From the NCBI GenBank assembly GCA_944322965.1, contig CALUQR010000009.1, positions 8,845-72,844 of the forward strand: a stretch of 64,000 bases of DNA, in the 5' to 3' direction. Below are positions 35,050-44,018 of the stretch, one piece after another. Every line of letters begins with the position of its first letter. Position 1 is the first letter of the stretch. Below the pieces are notes generated by a model. That model saw nothing but the letters and a program-made list of their open reading frames with translations. It was not told where the DNA came from and searched no databases. Source of the DNA: Vulcanimicrobiota bacterium. GTDB taxonomy: Bacteria > Vulcanimicrobiota > Xenobia > Xenobiales > Xenobiaceae. The translations under genes were made by a program, and so were the position numbers.

Positions 35050-35790
35050 ATGGATAGCCATATCAATTTTTATAGACCCTTACCCCTCTTGCCCGTCGGC
35101 AACCTTATCTGTCCCCCGGGCCGCTCCCTGACCTGCAAATTGCCGACCCAGCCCTACTTTAAAGAGCTAGTCGCCTACGTCGAGCGTCATACGGCCAACC
35201 ACTTAGCTATCGCCTACCTCAAAGAGGGGGAGGGAGAAGAGGCCTCAGGCGAGCTCTACCCCGTAACTACGGTAGTGAGCTTAGACCGCGCCCAACCCTT
35301 AGATAAGAATGCCAACTCCCCCTACTGGGAGTGGCAAGTCTCTAACGGAGTGCGGGCCCGCCTCCTCTACGAGCTGCCTAACCCCTCCACCCCCTTCCGC
35401 TTAGCCCGGCTCATGCCCTACGACGAAGAGGAGCAGCGTTTGAGTCTCACCCAAACCTTCTTCCTCATCCTCCCCATTTGGGCCCAGTTCCGCCGCCTGA
35501 GCGCCGGGATCGACTGTTACGAAAGTACCGTGCCCTCTTGCGGCAATCGCTACTTTAGCGGCTACATGCAAAATGTCAGCAAATTCCTAGAGGACGTCTA
35601 CCGCCATCTCCCTCTGAGCTACGCCCAAAAGATCGACTACTTAGCCGCCCACACCGTAGCCGATAAGGGGCGCTTCCTCATCCGGGCCTTAGCCGAGATG
35701 GCCGACTCCAAATACTACTTTAAAACGGAGCGGGCCGACTACGCTCGCCTCTGCCGCATCAATAGTAACGCCTTCACTAAATCTAACTGA
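35050..35790 (+). CDS. Hypothetical protein, last gene of the rSAM/HD-GYP operon
   Basis: Gap of 21 nt from the upstream gene. No recognisable motifs. Confidence 0.4.
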   Translation: MDSHINFYRPLPLLPVGNLICPPGRSLTCKLPTQPYFKELVAYVERHTANHLAIAYLKEGEGEEASGELYPVTTVVSLDRAQPLDKNANSPYWEWQVSNGVRARLLYELPNPSTPFRLARLMPYDEEEQRLSLTQTFFLILPIWAQFRRLSAGIDCYESTVPSCGNRYFSGYMQNVSKFLEDVYRHLPLSYAQKIDYLAAHTVADKGRFLIRALAEMADSKYYFKTERADYARLCRINSNAFTKSN

Positions 35791-35855
35791 GGCCCGCATA
35801 AGGGGCTTTAGGCGGACTACCCCCCGCAGGGATCCTCCCTTAGAGAGGCCTCCCC

Positions 35856-36881
35856 CTATAAGACGGTGATGCTGCGGTGGCGCAGGTTGGCCCCGCCCTC
35901 CCCTAAGATCCACTCCCGCAAGCGGCGCACCCCCTCCTGGGCGCTGACTTGGGGCTTAAATTCTAAGTCGCGCTCCGCCTTGGCCTTATTAAAATAATTA
36001 GAGAGGGCCAACTGGTCGGCTACAAAGCGGGTCATCTTGGGCTCTTCGGCGATCCGCAAGCTGCGGTAGATCCCCTCTAAGAGGGCCCCTAAAGCGCGCG
36101 TCAAGCGGTAGGAAACTTTGATCTTTATAGGCGGAGCCCCCACTTGGGCCAAGAGCTCCTTAATCCAGCCCCAGAGATTGACCGCCGCCCCGTCGCCAAT
36201 AAAGTAGGCCTGACCGGCGCAGCGCTCTAAATGGGTGTAAGCCGCGATATGGGCCTGGGCGGCATTATCGACGTAAGTCAGATCGACTAAGTTGCGCCCC
36301 TCCCCCACCTGGAAGAGTTGGCCCGCATAAGCCCGCTCTACGACGCGGGGCACTAAATGGGGATCGTCGGGACCGTAAATGAGATGGGGGCGCAAGGCCA
36401 CGGTCCGCACTTGGGGGGAGTTGGCCGCCAAGACCTCCTGCTCCGCCAAGGCCTTAGTCTGGGCGTAGGCGCAATCGTAGAAGCTAGGATAGGGGGTAGT
36501 CTCATCGACGTAGGCAAAGTCGGTCGCGGGCCGATAGATGACGCTGGGGGTACTCGTATAGATAAAAGCCCCCACGCCCAAACGCCGACAGGCCTCTAAG
36601 AGGTGGCGCACGGCCCAAATATTGATGGGCTCGTAATCGGCGTAGCTACCCCAGATCCCCGCCTTAGAGGCCGTATGGTAGATGACTTCCATCCCCTGGG
36701 CGGCGCTAAAGACGACGTCTTTTTGGGTGAGGTCCCCGTAGATACAGCGTACCCCCAGCTTTTCCAACTGGGGTTGAGGGCGGCGGGTGATACTAGTCAC
36801 CTCGTCGCCGCGCGCCAAGAGCTGAGCTACTAAGGCCTTGCCCAGAAAGCCCCCCCCGCCCGTCACCAGCACCTTGGCCAT
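35856..36881 (-). CDS. oleD: NAD(P)-dependent 3-beta-HSD/extended-SDR family reductase, OleD-like
   Basis: TGGGGFLG Rossmann motif. YxxxK. Fourth gene of an OleA-B-C-D ordered cluster. Confidence 0.6.
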   Translation of the reverse strand: MAKVLVTGGGGFLGKALVAQLLARGDEVTSITRRPQPQLEKLGVRCIYGDLTQKDVVFSAAQGMEVIYHTASKAGIWGSYADYEPINIWAVRHLLEACRRLGVGAFIYTSTPSVIYRPATDFAYVDETTPYPSFYDCAYAQTKALAEQEVLAANSPQVRTVALRPHLIYGPDDPHLVPRVVERAYAGQLFQVGEGRNLVDLTYVDNAAQAHIAAYTHLERCAGQAYFIGDGAAVNLWGWIKELLAQVGAPPIKIKVSYRLTRALGALLEGIYRSLRIAEEPKMTRFVADQLALSNYFNKAKAERDLEFKPQVSAQEGVRRLREWILGEGGANLRHRSITVL

Positions 36882-36891
36882 AACTTGCCCT

Positions 36892-38577
36892 CTACTTTCT
36901 CTGCAACTCTTCCGTAGCCCAACGAGCCAATTCTTGGCGGTCGATCTTCACGTTGTGGCGCGGATCGACGGGGAAGGACTCTAAGAAGAGGACCTCTTCG
37001 ATCTGCTTATAGAGCTCGTTTTCGTCGTAACGCCCCAAGATCTGGCGCTTCAACTGCTCTTGGCCCTTCTCATCTTCGGGCAGAGAACCCGGCTTAGTCT
37101 CCACAATCAAGACGGGTTGCTGTTGGCCCCGCTCGCCCACCCCCACCAGGGCGCTGCGGAAGACGCGGGGATGGTTATTAGCCATACCCTCCACCATGAC
37201 GGGGAAGATGGTCCCCTTGGGGGTCTCCACCCGGTGGTCTTTGCGCCCACAGAACCAGAGATCGCGATTATTGTCGAAGTAACCCGTATCCCCCATGCGA
37301 TGCCACTTTCCGCCCCGCTCGTCGGCTATCTTAGCTAAGCGGTTGGCCTCCTCTTCTCGGTAATACTCCTGGGTGACGACCGGACCGTAGGCTACGATCT
37401 CCCCTACCTCCCCATCGGGTAAGACTAAGTCTTCGCTAAATTTCTCGATCGGTTGGTCGGTAATCTTAATGATGCGCACTTCCATACCGGGCACGGGCTT
37501 ACCCACACAGGTACCCGCCCCCTCGATAGTCCTTTTAGCCGCATGATCTAAGACAAAAGAACCGCTCACTAAAGCTACGGGCAGACTCTCCGTAGCCCCA
37601 TAGGGGGTGTAGACTTCGCCCCCTTCGCCCAAGACGGAGCGCAGATTCTCCAAAAGGTCTAAGCCGACGGGGGCTCCGAAGGTAATAACTCGCTCAATGG
37701 GCTCTAAGGAGAGCTCCTCATCCTGGCAGTACTGGGCCACCTTGCGCCAGATGGCGGGAGAGCCTTGACCGTTAGTAATATCAAACTCTTCGATACTGCC
37801 CACCAAGAGCGCCGGATCGCAGGCCGCCGGTTTGGAGGGATCGAGGCGGGGCAAGACCACGGTCATCCCCAAAGCTAAATCGAAGAGGCCAAAGAGGGGA
37901 TAGCCGGGCAGATCGAGTTCGCCCGGTTTAAAGTGGAAGAGGTCGCGCAAGTACTTGATCTGCTCTTGGAAGATGCGATGCTGGTAGACTACCCCTTTCG
38001 CCTTACCCGTGCTGCCTGAAGTAAAGAGGATGGCGGCCATATCGGTGGGGCGCACCGCAGCCACCGGCACGCTGCCCTGGTGGGAGGCGGCCTCCTTAGA
38101 GATATTGATACAGCCCGGGAACCACTCGGTGGCCGTGAAGTTATGCAAAACGCTCTTAAAGGGGGCCCGATGGAAGAGGCGATAGAGATGGAGGGCCCGC
38201 ATCCCGATAAAGGCTTGGGGCTCGACATGCTCGATACAGCGCAACAAGTTCTCCCGCCCCATGCCGGGATCGAGCAGGACGGGTACCGCTCCCAACTTAA
38301 AGAGAGCGAAGACGCAAGCGATGAGATCGGGGCCATTCTTTAAGCCCAAGAGGACGCGTTGACCGGCCTCTACCCCTCCCTCTTGGAGGACCTGGGCGTA
38401 ACTATCGATCGTCTGGCCCAGCTGCTTATAAGTCCAAGAGGCGTAACCTTTCTTGAGGGGGAAGATGATGGCCGCCTGATCGGGGCGCTCCTTAATGACC
38501 GGTCCCAGGCAAGAAGCGATATTAGCCTGGGCGCTAGCTCCCTGCCCTTCCGTGCGGGTACTTTTCGCTTTACTCAT
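36892..38577 (-). CDS. oleC: AMP-dependent synthetase/ligase (acyl-AMP ligase), OleC-like
   Basis: AMP-binding motif ILFTSGSTGKAKGV. C-terminal adenylation-domain conservation. Confidence 0.65.
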   Translation of the reverse strand: MSKAKSTRTEGQGASAQANIASCLGPVIKERPDQAAIIFPLKKGYASWTYKQLGQTIDSYAQVLQEGGVEAGQRVLLGLKNGPDLIACVFALFKLGAVPVLLDPGMGRENLLRCIEHVEPQAFIGMRALHLYRLFHRAPFKSVLHNFTATEWFPGCINISKEAASHQGSVPVAAVRPTDMAAILFTSGSTGKAKGVVYQHRIFQEQIKYLRDLFHFKPGELDLPGYPLFGLFDLALGMTVVLPRLDPSKPAACDPALLVGSIEEFDITNGQGSPAIWRKVAQYCQDEELSLEPIERVITFGAPVGLDLLENLRSVLGEGGEVYTPYGATESLPVALVSGSFVLDHAAKRTIEGAGTCVGKPVPGMEVRIIKITDQPIEKFSEDLVLPDGEVGEIVAYGPVVTQEYYREEEANRLAKIADERGGKWHRMGDTGYFDNNRDLWFCGRKDHRVETPKGTIFPVMVEGMANNHPRVFRSALVGVGERGQQQPVLIVETKPGSLPEDEKGQEQLKRQILGRYDENELYKQIEEVLFLESFPVDPRHNVKIDRQELARWATEELQRK

Positions 38578-38644
38578 AATTATCTAGTCAACTTTTCTTA
38601 AGATCGGTAGGCGGGAGATTCTCCCCGCCCGGCGGCGCTAACTC

Positions 38645-39547
38645 TCAGCGCTCTAAGAGCTCCTCTAAAGCCTGGATAACGACTTGGGGGGCGTCTTCTA
38701 AGAGGTAATGGTTGGCGGTCTCTATGGAGCGCGCCTCGGCGTCGGGATAGATACTCTGCCAGCGGGCCAAAAAGTCCCGCCCAAAGACGTGATCTTGGGC
38801 GCCCCACACTAACATCTTGGGCGCTCTACTGAGCCGCAATAAGCCCTGCTCCACCTCGACTAAGGTCTTATAAGAGGGATGGGAGGGCGAGAGAGGGACG
38901 TCGCACACAAAACGCAAGACGGCCACCCGGTGGGCCCAGGAGTCGTAGGGTGCTAAGTAACCGGCCCGCACCGCCGGGGAGAGGGGGTTAGAGGCGCAGA
39001 CCCGCAAAGCCCCGCGCACAAAGGCGTTAAAGCCCCGCACCAAGAGGGCGCCCAAGAAGGGCACGCGCGCTAAACGGATCGTCCAGGGCATACGCTTAGA
39101 GCGGAAGGCGGCGGTATTCATAATCATCACCCTCTTAATGCGCTCCGGGTGGCGCACCGCGTAACCTAAGCCGATAGGGCCGCCCCAATCGTGGACGACT
39201 AAGGTAAAGGGCGGCAAGCCCAACTTATCTACCAAAGTCTCTAAATTGAAGATGTGATTTTCCAGAGTGTAGTCGTAATCTTGGGGCTTGTCGGAGAGGC
39301 CCATCCCCAAATGGTCGGGCACTACTACCCGATGCTTATCCTTAAAATGCTGGACCAAAGCCCGGTAAAAGAAGGACCAGGTGGGATTACCATGGACGCA
39401 GAGGATAGGCTCCCCTTGGGGTGCGCCGGGCGCCGGCCCCTCGTCTACGTAGTGCAAGCGCTGCCCCTCGGCGGGCAGATAGAGATAATTAGATTTAAAG
39501 GGGTAGAGACCCCGCCAACTCTCAGCACCAGTTTGCTTCATTACCAT
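38645..39547 (-). CDS. oleB: Alpha/beta hydrolase of haloalkane-dehalogenase-like subfamily, OleB-like
   Basis: HGNPTWSFFYR and VVHDWGGPIGLGYA motifs (HLD-type). Confidence 0.65.
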   Translation of the reverse strand: MVMKQTGAESWRGLYPFKSNYLYLPAEGQRLHYVDEGPAPGAPQGEPILCVHGNPTWSFFYRALVQHFKDKHRVVVPDHLGMGLSDKPQDYDYTLENHIFNLETLVDKLGLPPFTLVVHDWGGPIGLGYAVRHPERIKRVMIMNTAAFRSKRMPWTIRLARVPFLGALLVRGFNAFVRGALRVCASNPLSPAVRAGYLAPYDSWAHRVAVLRFVCDVPLSPSHPSYKTLVEVEQGLLRLSRAPKMLVWGAQDHVFGRDFLARWQSIYPDAEARSIETANHYLLEDAPQVVIQALEELLER

Positions 39548-40557
39548 GCGATCTCCATCATCGAACAGTTTATACCACTACCAATTCCCATGAGACCTAC
39601 GCGATCCCCAGAGGTTATCTCCCCCCGCTCGGAGGCGATAGCCAAGGTAATGGGCGCCGAAGCGGGCCCGATATTACCTAAGAAGGGGAAAGTTAGAAAA
39701 GCTTTCTCTAAACCGATACCCAGACGCTCAAAGAGTAAGCGCTGATGGCGATCCCCCACCTGATGGCAGATAAAGCGCTTAATGCGCTCCGGACTCCAAG
39801 CCAAGGTCTTCTCCGCCATCTTCCAGGTGCGACTGGCCAGATCGATACCCGCCTTGAGCAGGCCCGTCTGGTTGGTGGCGATATCGGAGATCGTCCCCAC
39901 ACAGTAGCGGCAAAAGCGCGTATCGGCTAAGGAGACGTGGCCCACTACCTTATGACCTTGGGGAGCCAACTGACGGTTAGTAATTAAAGCCGCCACCGCC
40001 CCCGAGCCCAAAGTTAAGCCCGCAAAGCACTTCGAGAAGGTAGCCAAGTCGATGCGCGGATCTTCTAATTGGCGCACCGTATTCTCAATAACTTGGCGCG
40101 AATTTTCTACATCTACGATCAGCGCGGCCTCGATCGCCCCCTGATCGATAAGCTGGCCCATCTGAGAGATGCCGTTGAGGAAGGCCAGACAGGCGTTAGA
40201 AATATCGTAACTGGAAGTCGTCTCCGGCAGACCTAAGGCGCTATGGACCATACAGGCCATAGAGGGCTCAATAAACTCTTTAGAGACGGAAGTGCAAACT
40301 ACGCAGCCGATGCGCTCTAAGGGGATCCCTGAATCTTCCACTACCTTGCGGGCGATACGGGCCGCAATATCCGCCAGAGACTCCCCCTCCCCCCAAACTC
40401 GCCGCTCATTGACTCCGGAGAGGGCGCAGACCCAAGAGCTGGGGATGCCCAGACGTTGGAAGGTGGGAGTCAAGCGCTCGCAGATGGAGTTAGTCGTCAC
40501 CACCTGGGAGGGCAGTTCGTAAGCTAGCGATTGTAAATATACGTTCTTATGTAACAT
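39541..40557 (-). CDS. oleA: FabH-like thiolase (KAS III superfamily), OleA-like head-to-head condensing enzyme
   Basis: KAS-III-type N- and C-terminal domains (GIGSGINCSMMEIAW C-terminus). First in the oleABCD gene order with 7-nt overlap to oleB. Confidence 0.6.
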   Translation of the reverse strand: MLHKNVYLQSLAYELPSQVVTTNSICERLTPTFQRLGIPSSWVCALSGVNERRVWGEGESLADIAARIARKVVEDSGIPLERIGCVVCTSVSKEFIEPSMACMVHSALGLPETTSSYDISNACLAFLNGISQMGQLIDQGAIEAALIVDVENSRQVIENTVRQLEDPRIDLATFSKCFAGLTLGSGAVAALITNRQLAPQGHKVVGHVSLADTRFCRYCVGTISDIATNQTGLLKAGIDLASRTWKMAEKTLAWSPERIKRFICHQVGDRHQRLLFERLGIGLEKAFLTFPFLGNIGPASAPITLAIASERGEITSGDRVGLMGIGSGINCSMMEIAW

Positions 40558-40594
40558 CAGTCTTCTATAGAAAAAGGGAAGACCCCCCAGGCCC

Positions 40595-40987
40595 CTACTT
40601 TAAATGTTCTCTAATACGAGCCGCCACTTGGGCCAACTCCTCGGCGCTGGCCGGACGGGCGTTGGCAAAATCGAGATCGGCCTCGCTCTCAATGGGAACC
40701 AGATGTAAGTGGGCGTGCGGAATCTCCAGACCGGCGATCATTAAACCCACCTTGCGCGGTTGGAAAGTCTCTTGTAAGACCCGCCCCAAGCGCTGAGCGA
40801 CGGCGAAGAGATGGGCCGCTTCCTCAGCCTCTAAATCTAACCAGTGGTCTACCTCCCGCCGGGGAACGACTAAGAGATGGCCCGGACGCAAGGGAGCGAT
40901 CGATAAAAAGGCCCCGCACTTATCGTCCTCATAGACAAAATGGCCCGGCAACTGATGCTCTAAGATCTTGGTAAAAAGCGTAGCCAT
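40595..40987 (-). CDS. HIT-family (histidine triad) nucleotide hydrolase
   Basis: HAHLHLVP histidine-triad motif. Confidence 0.85.
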   Translation of the reverse strand: MATLFTKILEHQLPGHFVYEDDKCGAFLSIAPLRPGHLLVVPRREVDHWLDLEAEEAAHLFAVAQRLGRVLQETFQPRKVGLMIAGLEIPHAHLHLVPIESEADLDFANARPASAEELAQVAARIREHLK

Positions 40988-41135
40988 TAAAACCCTTTCC
41001 TCTGCGCCCCCTTCCAGGGAAGGGAGGAGACGCCAAATAGCAAACAGACCCCCGCTCTAGCCCTTAGTGTTAAATGCTGAGGGCGTAAATCCTACCCTTT
41101 AACCCCACAGTTAAGAGCCAAGAGAGGTAAAAAGT

Positions 41136-41606
41136 TTGCCCTCCCTCCCTACTGAAGTAACTATTTATACTGACGGAGCCTGCTCGGGGAATCCCGGCCC
41201 CGGAGGCTGGGGAGCTATCCTGCTCCACCCCTCTTCGGGTAAGGAATTGCGCCTCTCCGGAGGGGCCGAACATACGACTAATAACCGCATGGAATTGTGC
41301 GCCGCCCTAGAGGCTCTACGCCGCCTCAAGCGGGCTACGAGCGTCACCCTCTATTCCGACTCTAAATACTTAGTCCAAGCCTTTCGCGAAGGGTGGCTAG
41401 CTAAATGGCAGCGCAACGGTTGGCTTACCTCCCAGAAAAAGCCGGTGGAGAATGTCGATCTCTGGCGCCAATTAGTAGAGCTGACTAAACTCCATAAGGT
41501 CCATTGGGAGTACGTACCGGGCCACAGCAATTACCTCTATAACGAATTGTGCGACCAATTGGCGCGGGCCGAGGTCCAAAAGATTAAAGAGGGAAAAGGG
41601 TCCTAG
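41136..41606 (+). CDS. rnhA: Ribonuclease HI
   Basis: IYTDGACSGNPGPGGWGAIL, TNNRMEL and YSDSKY catalytic motifs. Confidence 0.9.
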   Translation: MPSLPTEVTIYTDGACSGNPGPGGWGAILLHPSSGKELRLSGGAEHTTNNRMELCAALEALRRLKRATSVTLYSDSKYLVQAFREGWLAKWQRNGWLTSQKKPVENVDLWRQLVELTKLHKVHWEYVPGHSNYLYNELCDQLARAEVQKIKEGKGS

Positions 41607-41609
41607 CCC

Positions 41610-41639
41610 TTGACAAGCGACCGGCAAAAAGTTTAGAAT
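41610..41639 (+). promoter_or_regulatory. sigma70-like promoter TTGACA-N18-TAGAAT upstream of tRNA-Leu
   Basis: TTGACA at 41610-41615 and TAGAAT at 41634-41639. A GGCGC-CCTAGA-GCGCC hairpin + T5 lies between the promoter and the tRNA. Confidence 0.5.
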
Positions 41640-41681
41640 CACCCACGCAGCGGCGCCCTAGAGCGCCACGTTTTTGAGTCT

Positions 41682-41768
41682 GCGGAAGTGGCGGAATCGG
41701 TAGACGCGCAGGACTCAGGATTCTGTGGGGTAAAACCTGTAAGAGTTCGAATCTCTTCTTCCGCACCA
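41682..41768 (+). tRNA. tRNA-Leu (anticodon CAG), long variable arm
   Basis: GTGGCGGAATCGGTAGACGCGC is near-identical to canonical bacterial tRNA-Leu D-arm. Anticodon loop CTCAGGA. CCA encoded. Confidence 0.85.
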
Positions 41769-41824
41769 AAGACCACCGATAATAGAGAAGGCTCGCCTCC
41801 CTGGGGCGGGCCTTTTTATAGCGG

Positions 41825-42847
41825 GTGGGAAAAGATTTTTTTACTGCCCGTCGAAAGCAGCGCACCATGTTGTTGCAGAGAGAGTCTGACGAGTCCCGCA
41901 AACGCCCCAACAGATTGGGAGCCAAATTGAGGAACCTCTTCCGGCGCCGCCGCCCCAAAGGGGAGGCTAACGGCGAGCTCGCCGAGGGCGCTGGGGTAGC
42001 TCCCGCCAAAAAGAATGAGCTCCTCTTAAAAGCTTCGCAGATGTGGGGGAAGACGGTCGATAACCTCTGTTTTTCTATGGCCTTTGGCACCGCCGCGGTA
42101 GGCTCCATCCTCCTCTTTCGCATGCTCAATAAGACTAAGGTCTACGGCTTAAAGAACGTGCCCATCGAGCACGAAAATGTGCTCTATTGCATCAATCATA
42201 ACTCCCTGCTCGATAACTTTATCTTTGAAGCCGCCGCCTACGTCCCCAAGATCTTCTTCCAGCGCCAATATCTACCCATCAACTTGGCCGACCGGCGCAA
42301 TTTCTTCGGCGACCCCTCCTCGCGCAAATTGCGGGACCGGGTCATGCGCTTTTTGGGACGCCATTTCTTCCGCCACCTCAAAGCCTACCCCGTCGACCGC
42401 CGCACCGGCGATATGGGTCAGGTAGAGGAGTGGCGCAAGCTGCTTAAAGATAATATCGTCATCGTCTACCCCGAAGGCACGCGCTCCCGCACCGGCCAAG
42501 TGGGCCACGGCAAACCCGGAGTAGGGAAGTTGATCCACGAGGCCCGCCCCATCGTCATGCCCGTCTATATGGACGGCACGGCTAAAGTCCTGGGGGTAGG
42601 TATGAAATTCCCTACCATCTTCAAAACGATTAAGGTCTATATCGGCCAACCTATGGATCTGAGCGCCATCTTACAAGACGATCCCCCTAGCGATCGCCGC
42701 GGTCAGATGCTCTATTATATGCGCATCTCAGAAGCCGTCATGGATGAGATCCGCCACTTAAATCCCAACTATCGCCCCCCGACTAATGAAGAAGAGGGTA
42801 GAGATGTCCCGGTCGCCTCTCCCTCCCAGCCAGGAGACCCTAGCTGA
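41825..42847 (+). CDS. plsC: 1-acyl-sn-glycerol-3-phosphate acyltransferase (LPLAT family) with basic N-terminal extension
   Basis: NHNSLLD (HX4D) and VYPEGTRS motifs. The start may be one of several in-frame Met. Confidence 0.7.
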   Translation: MGKDFFTARRKQRTMLLQRESDESRKRPNRLGAKLRNLFRRRRPKGEANGELAEGAGVAPAKKNELLLKASQMWGKTVDNLCFSMAFGTAAVGSILLFRMLNKTKVYGLKNVPIEHENVLYCINHNSLLDNFIFEAAAYVPKIFFQRQYLPINLADRRNFFGDPSSRKLRDRVMRFLGRHFFRHLKAYPVDRRTGDMGQVEEWRKLLKDNIVIVYPEGTRSRTGQVGHGKPGVGKLIHEARPIVMPVYMDGTAKVLGVGMKFPTIFKTIKVYIGQPMDLSAILQDDPPSDRRGQMLYYMRISEAVMDEIRHLNPNYRPPTNEEEGRDVPVASPSQPGDPS

Positions 42848-44018
42848 GGAGTTAGAGACCCCCAAAATAGCCAAGATCAGTTTAGAGGAGTGTCAGCGCG
42901 TCCAGACCTTCTGTCTGCTCATCCTGACCTTCTTAATCTGCTGCGGCGCGGCTTACTGGCTCAAGACCGTGCTCTTGCCCTTCGTGCTGGCGCTCTTTCT
43001 GACTCTGACCTTGCGCCCTATCGTCTTCTATCTGACCCGCCGCTTCCACGCTCCCCGCCTCTTAGCTATCGGTCTCACCCTCTGTCTGGGGGTGGCCCTC
43101 TTAGTTACCCTGACGGCGGTGGTCTCTAGCTCTATCGTAGAGCTGGGGGAGGATATCGACCTCTACGAACGGCGCTTTATGATCCTCTTAGACGAGGTCT
43201 GTCGCCACCCTTGGTTAGAGCGCTTCAACTTTACTAGCGCCTCGCTCCTCACTAGTATCGGCGCCCAAGCGGCCAATAGCGTAGGCGACGCGGTAGCGGC
43301 CACCTTCAACGCCCTCTTGGCCTTAGTCTCCAATATCGTCTTAGTGGCTATCTATCTGGTCTTCTTGATGTTTGGCAGTTCCCTCAACGACTCTGCCCAG
43401 CGCTCTAACCTCTTCCAAGATATTTGTCAGAGTATTGAGAATTACGTCCTAGTTAAGGTCTTACTCTCCATTATCGTGGGGGCTACCACCTGGCTCATCC
43501 TCTCCCTCTGGGAGGTTCCCATGGCCTCCGTAATGGGCCTTTTGGCCTTCGCCCTCAACTTTATCCCCAACGTGGGCCCCATCGTGGCCGTCATCCTCCC
43601 CCTGCCCCTAGTCCTCCTCGCCCCGGGCGGCGCCTCCCTCTCATCCCTGGGAGCGATTATCGTCCTCCCCACTATCGTCCATATGGTCATCGGCCACTTA
43701 ATTGAGCCTAGCGTGATGGGCGACTCCTTAGAGTTAGATCCTATCGTCATCCTCTTGAGCCTCATGTTGGCGGGGGTCATTTGGGGGCCGGTGGGGATGC
43801 TCTTAGCTACCCCCATGACCGTAGCCGGGAAGATTATGATCGATAGGGTAGACTGGGCCAAACCTATAGCCAGCCTCCTCTCCGGACGGCGCCCCGGCCA
43901 CCAAGCCCGCAAGGCCCGCCGCCTGACCCAGGAACCGCCCCCTACTCCCCCCTTACAACCTGCCCCCGCCCTGGTAGAGGTTAAAGCGGAGGTCGAATCC
44001 CTGGAAGTTGAGAGTTAG
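42786..44018 (+). CDS. AI-2E family transporter (PerM/YhhT-like permease)
   Basis: 8-TM topology with FIPNVGPIVAVILPLPLVLL signature region. The start probably lies downstream (MSRSP...) of the annotated overlap with plsC. Confidence 0.7.
   Translation: MKKRVEMSRSPLPPSQETLAEELETPKIAKISLEECQRVQTFCLLILTFLICCGAAYWLKTVLLPFVLALFLTLTLRPIVFYLTRRFHAPRLLAIGLTLCLGVALLVTLTAVVSSSIVELGEDIDLYERRFMILLDEVCRHPWLERFNFTSASLLTSIGAQAANSVGDAVAATFNALLALVSNIVLVAIYLVFLMFGSSLNDSAQRSNLFQDICQSIENYVLVKVLLSIIVGATTWLILSLWEVPMASVMGLLAFALNFIPNVGPIVAVILPLPLVLLAPGGASLSSLGAIIVLPTIVHMVIGHLIEPSVMGDSLELDPIVILLSLMLAGVIWGPVGMLLATPMTVAGKIMIDRVDWAKPIASLLSGRRPGHQARKARRLTQEPPPTPPLQPAPALVEVKAEVESLEVES

Noticed and set aside
41584-42129. 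181-aa minus-strand ORF
   Set aside because: It overlaps tRNA-Leu and the 5' part of plsC on the opposite strand. It has no motifs and is an artefact of GC-rich sequence.
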